Assembly (NCBI GenBank): GCA_037447605.1
Contig: CM074808.1
Location: forward strand, 1,736,001 to 1,800,000
Length of the DNA: 64,000 nucleotides
Direction: 5' to 3'
Source: Zygnema circumcarinatum SAG 698-1b
Lineage: Eukaryota > Plantae > Zygnematophyceae
Of this stretch, positions 45,501-57,541 are shown piece after piece. Made by a program: the position numbers and the translations under genes. The first letter of the stretch is position 1, and the number at the start of each line of letters is the position of its first letter. Below the pieces are notes generated by a model, which was not told the origin of the DNA, did no database searches, and was given only the letters and a program-made list of their open reading frames with translations.

Positions 45501-47237
45501 CACTCAATCCTGCTCTCTACCCCCCTCTCTCTCCGTCCTTCTCTCCCTCCCTCCCGGCCTGCAGCTGGACCATGCTGTGCTGGACGCTCTCCCACTGGAA
45601 TTACGGCGCGAGTTGGAGCGTGCCTACAAGCAGAGGGAAGTCGGCATTCGGAGAAGGGCGAGCTCACCTCCCCGAACGCATACAGCAACAGGCATGGCTA
45701 CAAGGTGAGAAAAAGGCAGGAAATCTTCGAAGGATAAATTAATGGAAGCGGAGTGGAGAGGTCATTACTCTGCCTGGGCACTGATGCGTACGGTGAAAAA
45801 TGGTAGCTACCAAATGAAGGCACGACATCATTCCGGGAAATAGTCTTTTAGTTGTATTCGAAGTTTGGAAACGATTGCGTTCCACGTGCAGCTTTTTGGT
45901 AAATGCAGAGTATTGCAGGGGCATGCTCACTCTAACAGGCAGCGAGTGTGTTGCAGGGGGAGGAAACGTGCTCAATTCGCCGACCGAGGTGATCGCAAAA
46001 GGCAGCGGACACTCTTTCAGTTGGTGAAGACAAACGATCCGGTAGGTTCAAGTCATAACCAGTTCGTCAATACAGATTGTCCGGAGTGCAACCCCTACAA
46101 GTGGGATGAATTGGAGCACAGGACCTCTTGCTCTCTGCTGAGAAACGAGTCCTTGAGACCTTGAAAAAAAGTGAGAGAAAGGATCTGAAACTTGCATGTG
46201 GGTGGTTGTTGTGAGGGAGGTTGTGTGTGCTGTGCCAGATTCCTCAAAGAAGCAGTCACTCCGACACAGGGGGGGGCTGCAGTGAGAGTACTGTGAGCCA
46301 TTTTTCAGAGGAATATGTCTCAAAAGAAGACATGGCAGAACTCACCAGCAATGCAGCAAACTCGATGCATCCTGCTGCAGACTGCCCTACTTTGCGACTT
46401 GGGGGTCAGGAATATGAGACACATGCGGAGCAAAGACTTAAGCCGACAGAGGAGAGGGAACACGAAGGGCTTGCTAGTAGTTGGTCAGTGTCGCTCACTC
46501 AAATAGACAAGCAAGTGCTGAGTGAGCTACCGCAGGATGTGCAAGAGGATGTCTTGCGAATAGCGCCTCCTCATAGAAAGGACATTCGAGGCAGTTGTGG
46601 AAGCATTTTGAAAGGGGAAGAGGCAAGAGGAATGCCATCTGTTGCCCAAGTCAAAGAAGTGACAAACTTTAAGGTCAAAGGGCCGCAAGAGAACACGTTG
46701 AAAACCCCACTTTGGATAACGTTCTTGACATGTAAATATTCGAAGAACAGTTATGCGCAGTTTCCAGCTGAGACAGCTGCATCAAAGAATGGCCCATCTT
46801 CTTTGTCACAAGCGCTGAAGCAGGTGTGGTGCAGCGGCTGCTGTCAGCATGTCCCCCCTGACGTGGCCCCCTCCGCAGCCGCCACGTGCAGCGCAGCGGT
46901 TGTTGAGTACGCGGAGAGGGTCGTTGAGCGCGACCTTGAAGAAGTGGCGGCACTCGCCGCCATGCTTCGCAGGTCAGTGAGTCAATGTTGGTCGGAGAGG
47001 GTACAGTAAGCAGCAAGAAGCAGCCACAGGGAAGTGAATGTGAATGTGAATGTGAACATTGGGTTTCGTTCCTTTCGATCTTGCAGGTTGGCAAGTCAAT
47101 GGCCGGTCTGGCAGCTTGTGGAAAGCAGCTCTGTTCCAGTCATCCAGGTGAGAGTGAACGTGACAAGGGAGGGGGGGCAGAAAGGAATAGAATTGGCTCA
47201 GCATGCTTACAGGATCATCACATTCGGGGGTTCGTGA
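39569..47237 (+). CDS. REV1: DNA repair protein REV1 (BRCT, Y-family polymerase, UBM-like repeats, C-terminal domain), multi-exon
   Basis: FGKYMNEKTRKLREQF; BRCT (IFEGVTIWVNGYTTP..HGGIFENYY..VTHIIC..LPD..ILKPQWVTDS); HSTKGDPNF..SRLHFIGTW; ILHIDMDCFFVSV; SSANYVARKFGVKAGMF; VQALSCDEAFLD; RKSIGAEVNWGVRF; RGVGLQVTRL. The 3' end coordinate is tentative. Confidence 0.95.
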
Positions 47238-48244
47238 ACTTTGCAGCAATCTTCTGTATCGGCTCCATTTTTAATTTCTCTTGTGTGCCCGCATGTTCCA
47301 CACATTGCAGGACATGGTGCGACATTTGTATGGGGGGCAGTTGACCGGCTATGGGCCGGCTGTTGAAAAGGAAAGAGGGCCAATTAGCGGCGGCGCATGT
47401 ATCTGCGCTGCTGAAAATGGCGGGTCGTAGGTGAAGGGACTTCGCAGGCTGATCCTTGGGCTTGGTGTCTGCTTGTTTGTTGCTCGAAGTGTACCAATAG
47501 TAACACTTCTTACGCCGCATTCATGAACTACTTCTTTTCCATCTTGGCTCCTTCACATGTCAAGGAGTCCTCACACTCTCATGTTGAATGCGAGTTCTTG
47601 CAGGAGAGTGCTGAGTGTGTCTGGGAGAATTTCATTTTTTGGGATAACAGCCCTGAAAACAGTCCGCCAGTGTTATATGTGACTCGAGAGGAATTTTTAG
47701 TCCGTGAGTGAGCGCTTTCCTGTTATCAATTTGAAGCCAGCAGAACCATTTGGGGCTCCCAAGATTCCATTTTAAGCCCCCTTGTGAGTGCCCGTGGAGT
47801 GTGTTTGTGGGAGAGAGAGAGTGAGAGAGAAAAAGCTGTAAAGGGCGAGAGAAGGCTGAGAGAGGGAGCTTGTGAGAGAGGGTTTTTTTTTTTTTTTAAG
47901 GGAGCTGAAACCGGCCAATGGTGTGCGTCGCATTCTGTTCAAGTCGACACCCGATATTATCGATACGCCGATACTTGGGATGCTTTCCTCCTTGGGCGGA
48001 TATATCGCGATACTGTACTGCTGTGCGACCCTCGACCTGTGCCGACATGTACGGACGTTTTTCCGTTGCAAACGGCCGGCCAGTTTGTCGTCGTCATACG
48101 CGACAAAGCCCCCCGCACCTTCCAGTCAGACACCATATGTACGAATTGACGGCCGGCAGAGTCAAGGGCCGCTTTCCGCCGGCCGACTGCTCTGACCGTA
48201 CACGTACGGCTCGCACGAGGGTTGTCGTCCGTATGTATAGTCGG

Positions 48245-48713
48245 GGGGTCCTCGTATTTACCGCCCTGAGTGCGTCCCCAAGAATTTCGCCACGATTTTG
48301 CCGAAACCACCTTTTTGTACGGTAACTTCGTGTTACCGTACTGTCCGTATTGTCCGTATTATCCGTACTAGCTGTACTAGCCGTTACGGGCTTACGCAAA
48401 ACTCACCTAATCTCCCCGCACGTGCCGCCGTAAGAGGCGCTCGCTCTTCTCCCCTACTTTTTGGATTCGATACGATACGATATGATACGGTACGATATGT
48501 TACGATACGAAACTCCCCGATACGGTACTATCCGTACTAGCCATGCGAGCTATAGTATCCGATACAGTACGGTACGATACGATATAGTACGGTACGATAC
48601 GTACGGTCCAACATGATAATACCGCCCGTTGGTAACACGAACCTTATATATGCAAAATCAATATTTTCGCCTCATATTGGCCAAAACCAGGGTGGAAAAT
48701 ATGAGGACCCCTG
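48245..48713. mobile_element. MITE-like inverted-repeat element with (TACGA)/GTAC-rich core
   Basis: Left arm GGGGTCCTCGTATTTACCGCCCTG...TTCGTGTTACC mirrors right arm GGTAACACGAA...CAGGGTGGAAAATATGAGGACCCC. No clear TSD. Confidence 0.55.
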
Positions 48714-49056
48714 ACTGTATGGGTGCGCGTACCGCCGTACGGTGCCGCGGTTCGCGCACGCCTTTGGACCGGACTCCGATTCTGGTTGAGGGCTGGGCTG
48801 AGCTTGACGGGAGAGGGCGGACTGGCGAGGACTTTAGGGTTAGGGCAGGGGGAGGGGTAGGGGGAGGGGTAGGGTTAGGGGGAGGGAGAGGGAGAGGGGA
48901 GAGGGGGGGCCTTGGAGGTGGAGGGAGGGGAAGGCGCTCTCTTGGGGAATGATTCGAATGCGAGAGGGCGGGAAAGGGAAAGGGAAAGCTGGTTTGTGGG
49001 GCTAGTAAGTTGTTCGTTCCAGCGCGCGGAGGCAGTTTGCAGAGGGAGGAGCGGAC

Positions 49057-50530
49057 ATGTTGTCGGAGTTTGGTGCAAAGAACGGTACTCTCTACTCTGA
49101 ATTTGGCTATTTTTTTTCAAGGATTCTAGTCTCGTTTCTCGTAGTTCTGCTTTCAGCATGTGACATTCGCCAATTGTTTTTGTTGTTGCATCCCTGCAAA
49201 TGTGCACATTTGTGCGCCGTCATGGTTGCTGTACTCGGTTCTTCCACTCCCTTGCTTGCTCCCGTTCGTTCCGTCTCCAACGAAAATGTGTCAACTCTTT
49301 GAATTTTTTGAAATTTCTTTCTCAGGACTTGTGGACAAATCACAAATGCCATACAACTGTTCGCATAACTGTTCAGAAAGCACGTCTTCCGGCTCAGAAA
49401 AATGCGACAAGGGCAGCGTGAGGGCGGGAATGCCCCATGTTCCGGAAGCGAATGGAGGAAGAGGAGGCCCTGCTGAGAGCAGCCGAGGCTCCGCAGAACG
49501 TTTATGGCGGGCCTCCGAGGTGCATCGAACTCCCTTCTTCTCTCCCCCTCGCACGCATTCGTCGAGCAGCCACAATGACGAATCGCCGCCTGTCCCTACT
49601 CGACCTACAGCACAGAAACCTCCGAGGCCTCCAAGACCTCCTCGAAAACCGTCGTCGGGAATTCTTGTGGGAGGGGCGCTTCTCAGTCCCAGAATTCAAA
49701 GGAAGAGGAGGGCGGGGATGGGGGCTCTGCCGCCATTGGGGCCTGGGCAGGCTACAGGAAAGGGTAAAAGTAAGGCATCGTCTTCTCCGACGGAGTTCAC
49801 CACACTTCTGGCGCTATTGCTCACGGTCTTGTTTGGAGTGCTAGTGATTTTTCAAGGTGCGATACAACATAATCATTTCCTGTCAAGTGGACACTCGTCA
49901 GTCTAAACCTTGAAACTGGCTGCAGCTTCTGACGCGCAGACTTACGACTTCCAGAATCCTAGCATCGATAGGAAAGCACATATCTGCATTATGGCAACTC
50001 CTCTTAATTGGGCTCAGCTTTGTTATACGTCCGTGTTGAGCTATCTTTCCCCTCTTTCCTTCCTTCTATCATAAGGTAGTTGTTTATTGATTGGTCTCGC
50101 ATGTTTGGACACTCCCTCTGTACTTCCATAACTATTTTTCGACGTGAGTGCAGGGTTTCATGCGAATGTTTTGGACGGTTTGAGGACTCTAGCCCACCGT
50201 GGTCAGTCGTCGCAGGCCTTTGATGACCCTCTTGCAACGGAACATTTTCTTGACACTATGGCGGCATCGTCGCATATGAACTTAGTTCTCACGAAAGGCA
50301 AGCAACGAGCGGGAGGTCGGAAATCGGGTCCGCTACTCCGAGCATGGCGTGTGGGTGGAGAAACGAGAGGAATTATCAACTCCGGCAAGAGAGGCTTCGT
50401 CGTGGAGGATTTGACTTCCAATTTGACCTCTCTTGGGGGGAGTGAAGATCCATCTTTGGAATCAATGCAATCGCAGTTAGCGGTAAATTCGAGAGCAGTG
50501 ACTCGGGGGCGGGGGGAGGCAGCAATTTAG
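49057..50530 (+). CDS. Uncharacterised single-pass membrane protein (3 exons, about 311 aa)
   Basis: Exons 49057-49084, 49326-49856, 50154-50530 join in frame (936 nt). Pro/Ser/Arg-rich N-terminus and hydrophobic FTTLLALLLTVLFGVLVIFQG. Confidence 0.65.
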
Positions 50531-51429
50531 AGGAGATATCAAGAGGGGTGCTAACGAATTCCTCCTTAGTGATATAAAATAGACATAATTTCTAGTCTGT
50601 TTATTCTTCTCGTAGGTACTAGGTTTTTTGCAGCAGTTTCGGAACAGGATTTTGTTGTAAAGTTTTTTGAGGAAGGTTTGTTGTAAGTTTCAGGAATCAC
50701 CGCGAGTAGACTAGTTGAGTTCGATCGCTTGACTAAAGTGACGTCCTTTTGGAAGGTGAAGACTTTTGGAGGGGCCGATTTAAGCCAGCGTAGGGATAAT
50801 GGTTAACTGATAGTTAAGCAGGCGGTTTGAGAATTGAAATACATCTTTGATTCAGGTTGACGTTTAGTATAGGGATTTGTTTGGTATATTACAGTGTGGC
50901 CTATTTTTCTATTCTCTTCTAATGAACGGAACAAATCTATTTTCGTAATTGGTTGGCATTATGATACATATCCCTTTGTCCTTATTCTCATTGCAACAAT
51001 ACAGCGTGAAAGTTGAATATGTCCCAAATATCTCTCTTGTTGCAATTCGCATTATTTTGTTGGGGTTATATTATTATTACTACTTCTACAGAAGAAAGCA
51101 TGAGTACACATGCTTAATACTCTTCTCATTTTGAACGGGGCACTTTCAACGACAGTCTTAATTAATATTCAGGAAATCCTTTCACTACTGCAGCATAAGA
51201 TTCAGTGGAAGTGAACATTGCCTAGATTGAACCACGATCCGATAGCAGCTTCGCCAGCAAAAACGTTCATTAACAGCCGGGAAAACCGGCAGGTTTGACT
51301 ATATACATCCACGGTCTTATTAAAGCGAGTCGTAAAAAAAAATCAAACAATCTGAAATAAGAATAATCCTCTCGCTTCTACTAGTGCTGCCTATGCGCCA
51401 AAATAAAGTATTCATCAAGCCCACTTGAT

Positions 51430-53050
51430 CACTTCAATAATCTTGGTGATACACTGGTCTTACAACACATGTACTCGTTCATGTGCTGGTTCATCTCTTG
51501 TTCCATTTGTATTGTCATCTCCCGCACCTGCAGCCACAAATTGCAACACAATTTCAGAAAAAGATGATGGACCTATCTTGACCAAAAGATCGCCTAATCA
51601 CCATCAGGGAGACTTGACAAAACAATAAAGCCAATAGGAACTGAGAGCCCTCAGGTACTAAGCGGAATTTTGTCCACAACTTAACCTTGTAAAGGAAACT
51701 GTCAGGTCTCAAAGATTTATGCATCACAGGGCCCTCATCTGCTTTACATGTACACGACAACTGAACTACGCCAGTCATGAATGCGTAATACACAACAATT
51801 ATGGAAGCAGTGGCTTTACAGAGAAAACAAAACATAACTGGTGTTAACGGGCTTCAACTCGAATAATTGAATGTGACATGACCAGTGATACCCGATAAAC
51901 ATTTCGTGGAGACAGCCACTCTACTATATCTTCTGCTTTGACTCTGTACGCATGCTGTCTCAACAACAAGACATACCACAAACTTTTGCAAACGTTCCCT
52001 AGAGACAAACGATGGACACGACATTCACTACTTGAATGAGGTTCAACCCACAAAGGACCTTTCAAAGGCTTGTCAGAGGTAAAAAATCCATATTATCAGC
52101 GCAGCATAAAGCTCTGATGACCGTCGTGATGGTTTATTTTCATCATCCAAGCCCCTTGAAACTTCAAAGTTGTCACACAAAAACCTCCAGGCCCGACCAC
52201 AGTAAGGACTTACTCCAAAAAAAAAAGTAGACTGACTTGCGGAACGGCATGCAATTAAACTCCCAGCCAAACCAAGGCCGGTAAAACCCGAAACTAAGGC
52301 AATGCCTTAGTCAAAAATCAAGATTGTTCTCTCAGACAAATGCCTCGATTGGACGTCACAGCACCGGCTTTAAGGGCCGGCAGCGACATCCGCACTGCCC
52401 ATGCAAGTCGTCGTGAACAGAACGCCCACTTCAACCGCAGGACAGCGCAGAATGCCGCTACAGCTCAGTCTCGTCATCCGTTTGGATCATCACCGAGAAC
52501 ATTCTACACATCAGACAGATCTGTCGAATCAACACCGAACCAAGAAGAACGACGAACCAATAATTCAAGCATGTAAGGAGCATCGGAACGTCGGCTACAC
52601 AGCCGTCCGGAACCATCGCCTTACCAGAATTGGCGTCTGGCGCACTACAGTAACGAAAATCAGGCCTTCTGGCAGCTGCTGTCACATGTGAAGAACGCAA
52701 CCAGCTGGTCGATTCCAGCTTAAACCACTAGAACTGACGCGATTCCACATAATTCCTCCACTCCTTTGGGAGACTGTGTAAGGCCAAAGACAAATTGACG
52801 CCATTTGGCGGCTGCATAACAAAGAAAACCAGCCTCCAACAAAGCCTTAAGCCAAACGCCCTGCACAGAGCAGCAAGCAACGGCTGCAAACCCACTCACT
52901 CACTCCCTCCCTCCCTCCCTCTCCCCCTCCCTCGAGGCAAGATGAAAACCAAACGAAACAGACAGAGAAAGCGGTCCGTGAACGCATACCGTACTGTGCA
53001 TCAAAGAGGCGTGCGCAGCCTGGTGGCGCACAAGGCCGCCCTTCATAGCC
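51430..53050 (-). CDS. Possible multi-exon gene of unknown function
   Basis: GC-rich promoter-like zone at 53.1-53.6 kb and several short frames bounded by splice sites (for example GVWLKALLEAGFLCYAAAKWRQFVFG and HAYRVKAEDIVEWLSPRNVYR). I could not assemble a full model. Confidence 0.3.
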
Positions 53051-54280
53051 GCGCTTCCTCCTTCCCCTCCTGCGCCTGCAGCCCGCCGCCCTCCATCCCG
53101 CCGCCACTCTGCACCGCCGGCAGCCCCATCCCGCCTCTCTCGCCCCACCGAGGAGGGGAAGCCTGGACAACACACGCGGCAGAAACATAGAATATCGGGG
53201 GCCTTTAAAAGCCCCCCGGGCAGGCGGGGTGCGGCCTGAACCCTAAACCCTGGCCAATCAGTGCATGCCACGTACATCGTCCACAACGACGTAAGGCCTC
53301 CCTGCAGATCGTGCCGTTGCGGATTGTACGGTCCAGATTTCACGGATCGGCGGGCGGCCGAGCGGCTGGAGAGGAATTCGGATGGGTCGTTTTTATTTGG
53401 CATGTGACCTGGTTCCCATTACCGTTCCCGTTTTGTTCCAAAGTTGCGCACGGAGCTTTGTTCAGAAGGGAGTGTCCGCACGAGCGGCTCCCGTGTGAAA
53501 AACAAGCGAGGTTTCCGAATAAGCACACGCCACGTGGCTGCCACGTGGTTGAACCGCATCTCCTGCCTGTGTGCTCTATGCATGGCATGGGTGCCGTGCC
53601 ACGCTATGTATACATACAACGCTTTACATGTGGACAATGACAAAGAGAGACAGAAATAAACTTTTGAGCGAGGAGATGCAGGTAGACAAGGAGGGTTCAC
53701 CAAAGCAGCTGCAGCAAATCGTTGGAATTTTCATCCTTGGAAAACTCGAACCTTTCAATAGCAGCCAGCATTCAACCCTTCATTGAACTCGCTAAACACC
53801 AACCACCACGTCTGATCAACTCAGCAAAACGCTTCTTAATGACGAGTCCACATGCGTGAGGTCCACGTTTCGAATAACGTTCAACACGCCTTAATGAAAA
53901 AGCAAAACTTCAAAAAAACACTTTTAAAACGACAAAAATAAAAAATGGACCCTTGCAGTTCTCGAATTGTCAACCTTAAGTTGTCAACGATCCATTGACG
54001 CATTTCCCACAATCGAGTTTCGAGCATGTAAAGTTCAACAGAAATTTAAATAATTGGTACAGTAAAGGCGATATAAACAGTGAGTGGTATGGAAATGATT
54101 CCCTTCGCTCTCCAGCAGAAAGAGGCTGAAATCCATCCCTTAAAAAGGTAAGACGTGGCGACACAGCCTCTCCCCATGATGAAGCGTCAATATCACTAAA
54201 AAAATTCCTGCAGAAAGTTCTGACTCAGCTGTACAAGGGACCCTATAGCCCCCACCAAAACTACAAGCTTCACACGTTCC

Positions 54281-55090
54281 TTAACCTCCGCATCCCCCCC
54301 CTCCACATCCTCCTCCTCCGCATCCTCCTCCACCGTCGTTATCAAAGGCTTCACCCAACGCCAGCCCTCCAAGTCCTCCAAGAAGAAGACCGGTGCCCAT
54401 ACCCATCCCTCCTCCGCCAAAACCACCTCCGCCTCCGCCAAACCCTCCTCTGCCGCCGTATCCTCCATAGCCCCTCCTCTGCGCATACACAACCTGAGGC
54501 TGACCATACCCCGGCTGGTAATATTGCGGAGGAGGTGCTCCCGGGTATCCATTAGTAGGAGGATAGGGGTAGTAGCCCTGCGCGCCTCCTGCATACCCTA
54601 CTCCCTGCATGCCCCCCCCATACGTAGACCCATGCGGAGCCTGTGGAGCGGTAGCAGCTCTCGCCCTCTCCAACTGCTCGCTGGAGAATTTAGGACCCGC
54701 TATCTTCACAGACACGTTGACCCTCCCCTGCACGCGCCCACTCGGCCGGTACACGCTGTACGCGCCGAAGTGAAGCTCCTCCGTTTTATTCACGGCCTGC
54801 GATAGAGGCACTTGCGCTGTGCCGACAGGAGAGCCCCTGCACGCCCCCGTGCTGTAAATCCTGATCACCACCGTAGGATTTGCGCCGAGCAGGAGGTTCT
54901 CATCGACGGTGAAGATGAACTGCTCGTTCCAGACGGGCTCTGTCTTGCTGGTGCTGCATGCCTGCGAGGCCTTCCGCTGGTTGGTGCCTGCCACCCCGAC
55001 CACGGCGGCAGGCGCCTGCGTCCCGAAGTGCTTAACTTTCTTCAAATCTGTCGCCGAAATTAGGTTCACCGTCACTGCTCTGTGTGCCAT
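54281..55090 (-). CDS. SRC2: SRC2-like C2-domain protein with Pro/Tyr/Gly-rich tail (intronless, 269 aa), paralog 1
   Basis: ATG at 55090. VTVNLISATDLKKV..PVWNEQFIFTV..PVGTAQVPL..YSVYRPSGRVQGRVNVSVK followed by PPPQYYQPGYG and GMGTGLLLGGLGGLALG, the SRC2 architecture. Confidence 0.85.
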   Translation of the reverse strand: MAHRAVTVNLISATDLKKVKHFGTQAPAAVVGVAGTNQRKASQACSTSKTEPVWNEQFIFTVDENLLLGANPTVVIRIYSTGACRGSPVGTAQVPLSQAVNKTEELHFGAYSVYRPSGRVQGRVNVSVKIAGPKFSSEQLERARAATAPQAPHGSTYGGGMQGVGYAGGAQGYYPYPPTNGYPGAPPPQYYQPGYGQPQVVYAQRRGYGGYGGRGGFGGGGGGFGGGGMGMGTGLLLGGLGGLALGEAFDNDGGGGCGGGGCGGGGCGG

Positions 55091-55519
55091 TGGTACCTCC
55101 TCTCCCCGTGAAAGACAGGCCCGTTCGGTAAGCGAAACAAGAAAAACTATTGGCAAACTGCCTCCGTGTTTGACTTCCCTGCGCTGCGCTGTGCTGCCCT
55201 CCCCTCCCCCCCTCTGCACGGCTCAGGCAGACAGTCTCCGCCCCTCAGAGGGCCACTTCCCGGCTTTGAAGGCAGAGGGCGCCGGGGCGGGGCGGGGCGG
55301 GGCGGGCGGTCGCGTGGCGCCCCACGTGGCGGGGGCGCGCCTTCGTGCGAAGGTGGGAGCCGCGCGTGGTGGCTCCCTCCGCGGACTGCGGGCTCAGGCC
55401 GCCACGTGGCCGCGCGTCGAGGTGCCACGAGGCGCGCAGGGGCGGGCGGGCGGCTTCCGCGCGGGGGCGGGCGGCTTCCGCGCGGGGGCGGGCGTTGACC
55501 GCTCGCTGACCGACCGCGC

Positions 55520-55805
55520 CGGATGGATGGGTGGATCCTGGAGGATGGATGGTTGGATGGATGGTTGGATGGATGGATCATGGGATGGGTGGATCATGGG
55601 TGGATGGATGGATCATGGATGGATGGGTGGATCGTGGATGGATAGATGATGGATGGATTGGTGGAGGGTGGATCATGGATGGATGGATGAATCATGGATG
55701 CATGGATGGATGAATCATGTATGGATGGATGGGTGGATCATGGATAAATGGATGGATGGATGGATCATGAATGGAAGGATAAATCATGGATGGATGGATG
55801 GATGC
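55520..55805. repeat. (GGAT)n / GGATCAT simple repeat
   Basis: Read directly from the sequence. Confidence 0.95.
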
Positions 55806-56331
55806 CTACGGGCCTATTGCGGTCCTAGGATCTTACAGGCCTACGATCGTACGGTCATACGGTTATGGCACTTGCGCCGTCGCCCGCCGGAGGGGGGAGG
55901 CTGATGGCTCCCGTACACTCCCTTCAAAACTTTGAAGGGAAGGGGAGGATGCGGCATTGGCCTCTCGACGAGGTGAAGTCGCGCCTGCTGTCAGTGAGCA
56001 GTGACAGATCCAGGATTTTTGCCAAAGAGGGCCTACGCCCCTCCCTCGGCATAAAATAGATATATTACATACATAAAATCACGCACACCCCCCCGCCAAT
56101 CTCTCATTGAACTGCACGACATGGCCATGCACACGCCTCACAATTTGGCGACGAAGGTGGAAAAAAGCAATAATTTGTGTAGGAAAGAGATGCATAGAGG
56201 CGAGAAGGGTGTATAAGATTAGCTTGCAGGTCATTGGGGATCTTCATCCTTGGAGACTCAAACATTTCAGTAGGATTTTCTGTGCTTCACCTTCGCTGAA
56301 CTTTCTTTCAACCAACTCAGCACCAAGCTTC

Positions 56332-57189
56332 TGTTGTGTATAATAGGGGTACTGAACTGTATAGGCTAGCATAGTACCCTGTACGGTCCTTAGCCGTTGT
56401 CGGCGGTCCTTGGGAGATTTGGTCAGTCTGAATAGAGCCCTAGGGTGCTGTTCTCACTTCTCAGTGGGAACACGGGCGTCTGATTAGGACACGTGGAGGC
56501 CGCGATAGGCCGCGCCATAACTGGATGTCCGCTTAGAATTGATAAGTGAAGTTTGGACACGTGGCGCGCGACGATAGGCCGGGCGGCTGCGAGTATAACT
56601 TTAGTACTGTACCGCTTATTGAAGGGACGAAGGGACGCGGAAGGTTCGGACTGCGAGGGAGGCCGTTTTCGGTACGGACACTCCCACTGTCCATGGCGGC
56701 TCTTCTGGCAGAGCTTCCCGCGCGGTGGGGAGCGAACTCCAAGAGGCGTGGAGCAACTCCAACGACATGGAGGTGCACTGTGCGGTGGATTGTGGTGACG
56801 CGCGGCGGAACGTGGAGTAGTGCAGCGCTTAGTATTTAATTAGGATTTGTTTAGGATTTAATTAACCTAAGAGTTCAACTTAATTCAGCTGCAGCTTGGC
56901 TCGTGTTGCTGAGTGCAGTTTCCTGGCTGTATGGGCAGCAGGAATTAAGGGATTTAGTCAGAGCAGAAATGGAGTTCTAAGGGCTTGACCTCAATGCTTG
57001 TTTCTCTTCATATTTAATTAAGGAGTTTTGAGGCCGGTGGTGCTTTCTCCTTTATTTCCCTTCTCGGTGTTTTACTTTCAGTGTTTTATTCTCTCTTTCC
57101 GCTGCGTGCATTAGGGAGGTTTATTCGCTGTTTTGCAAGCATGTCTTGGAGTGAGATTAGTGAGAGAGACCGGGCCCAATTTGTCAACA
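56332..57189 (+). mobile_element. Solo LTR A (858 bp)
   Basis: TGTTG...TCAACA termini. Perfect 5-bp TSD GCTTC at 56327-56331 and 57190-57194. Homologous in inverted orientation to 57926-58862. Confidence 0.9.
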
Positions 57190-57541
57190 GCTTCGTCATG
57201 ACGTCTCTATGTCATGTATAAGATTCACATTCCATAACGTTCAACACGTATTACTGGTACGAGAAAGTTAAATCAAACACACTTTCAGAATAGATATTTG
57301 CAATAATTTGAACTGTCGAAATAGATTGATAACAGTATAGTGGCAGAACTGAGCTTCTAATCTGTAAAGTTTAAAATAATCGAATATAAGGAGGTGAAGT
57401 GATATGTACAACATTTTTTCCCTGAGCTCCATCAGAAAGAAGCTCAACACCATCCTTTGAGAAAGAAGGTGGGGGCACAACCTACTGAAATGATGAAATG
57501 CCTGATCATCTTTAACATTGGCTACAGAAGACTCAAGCTCA

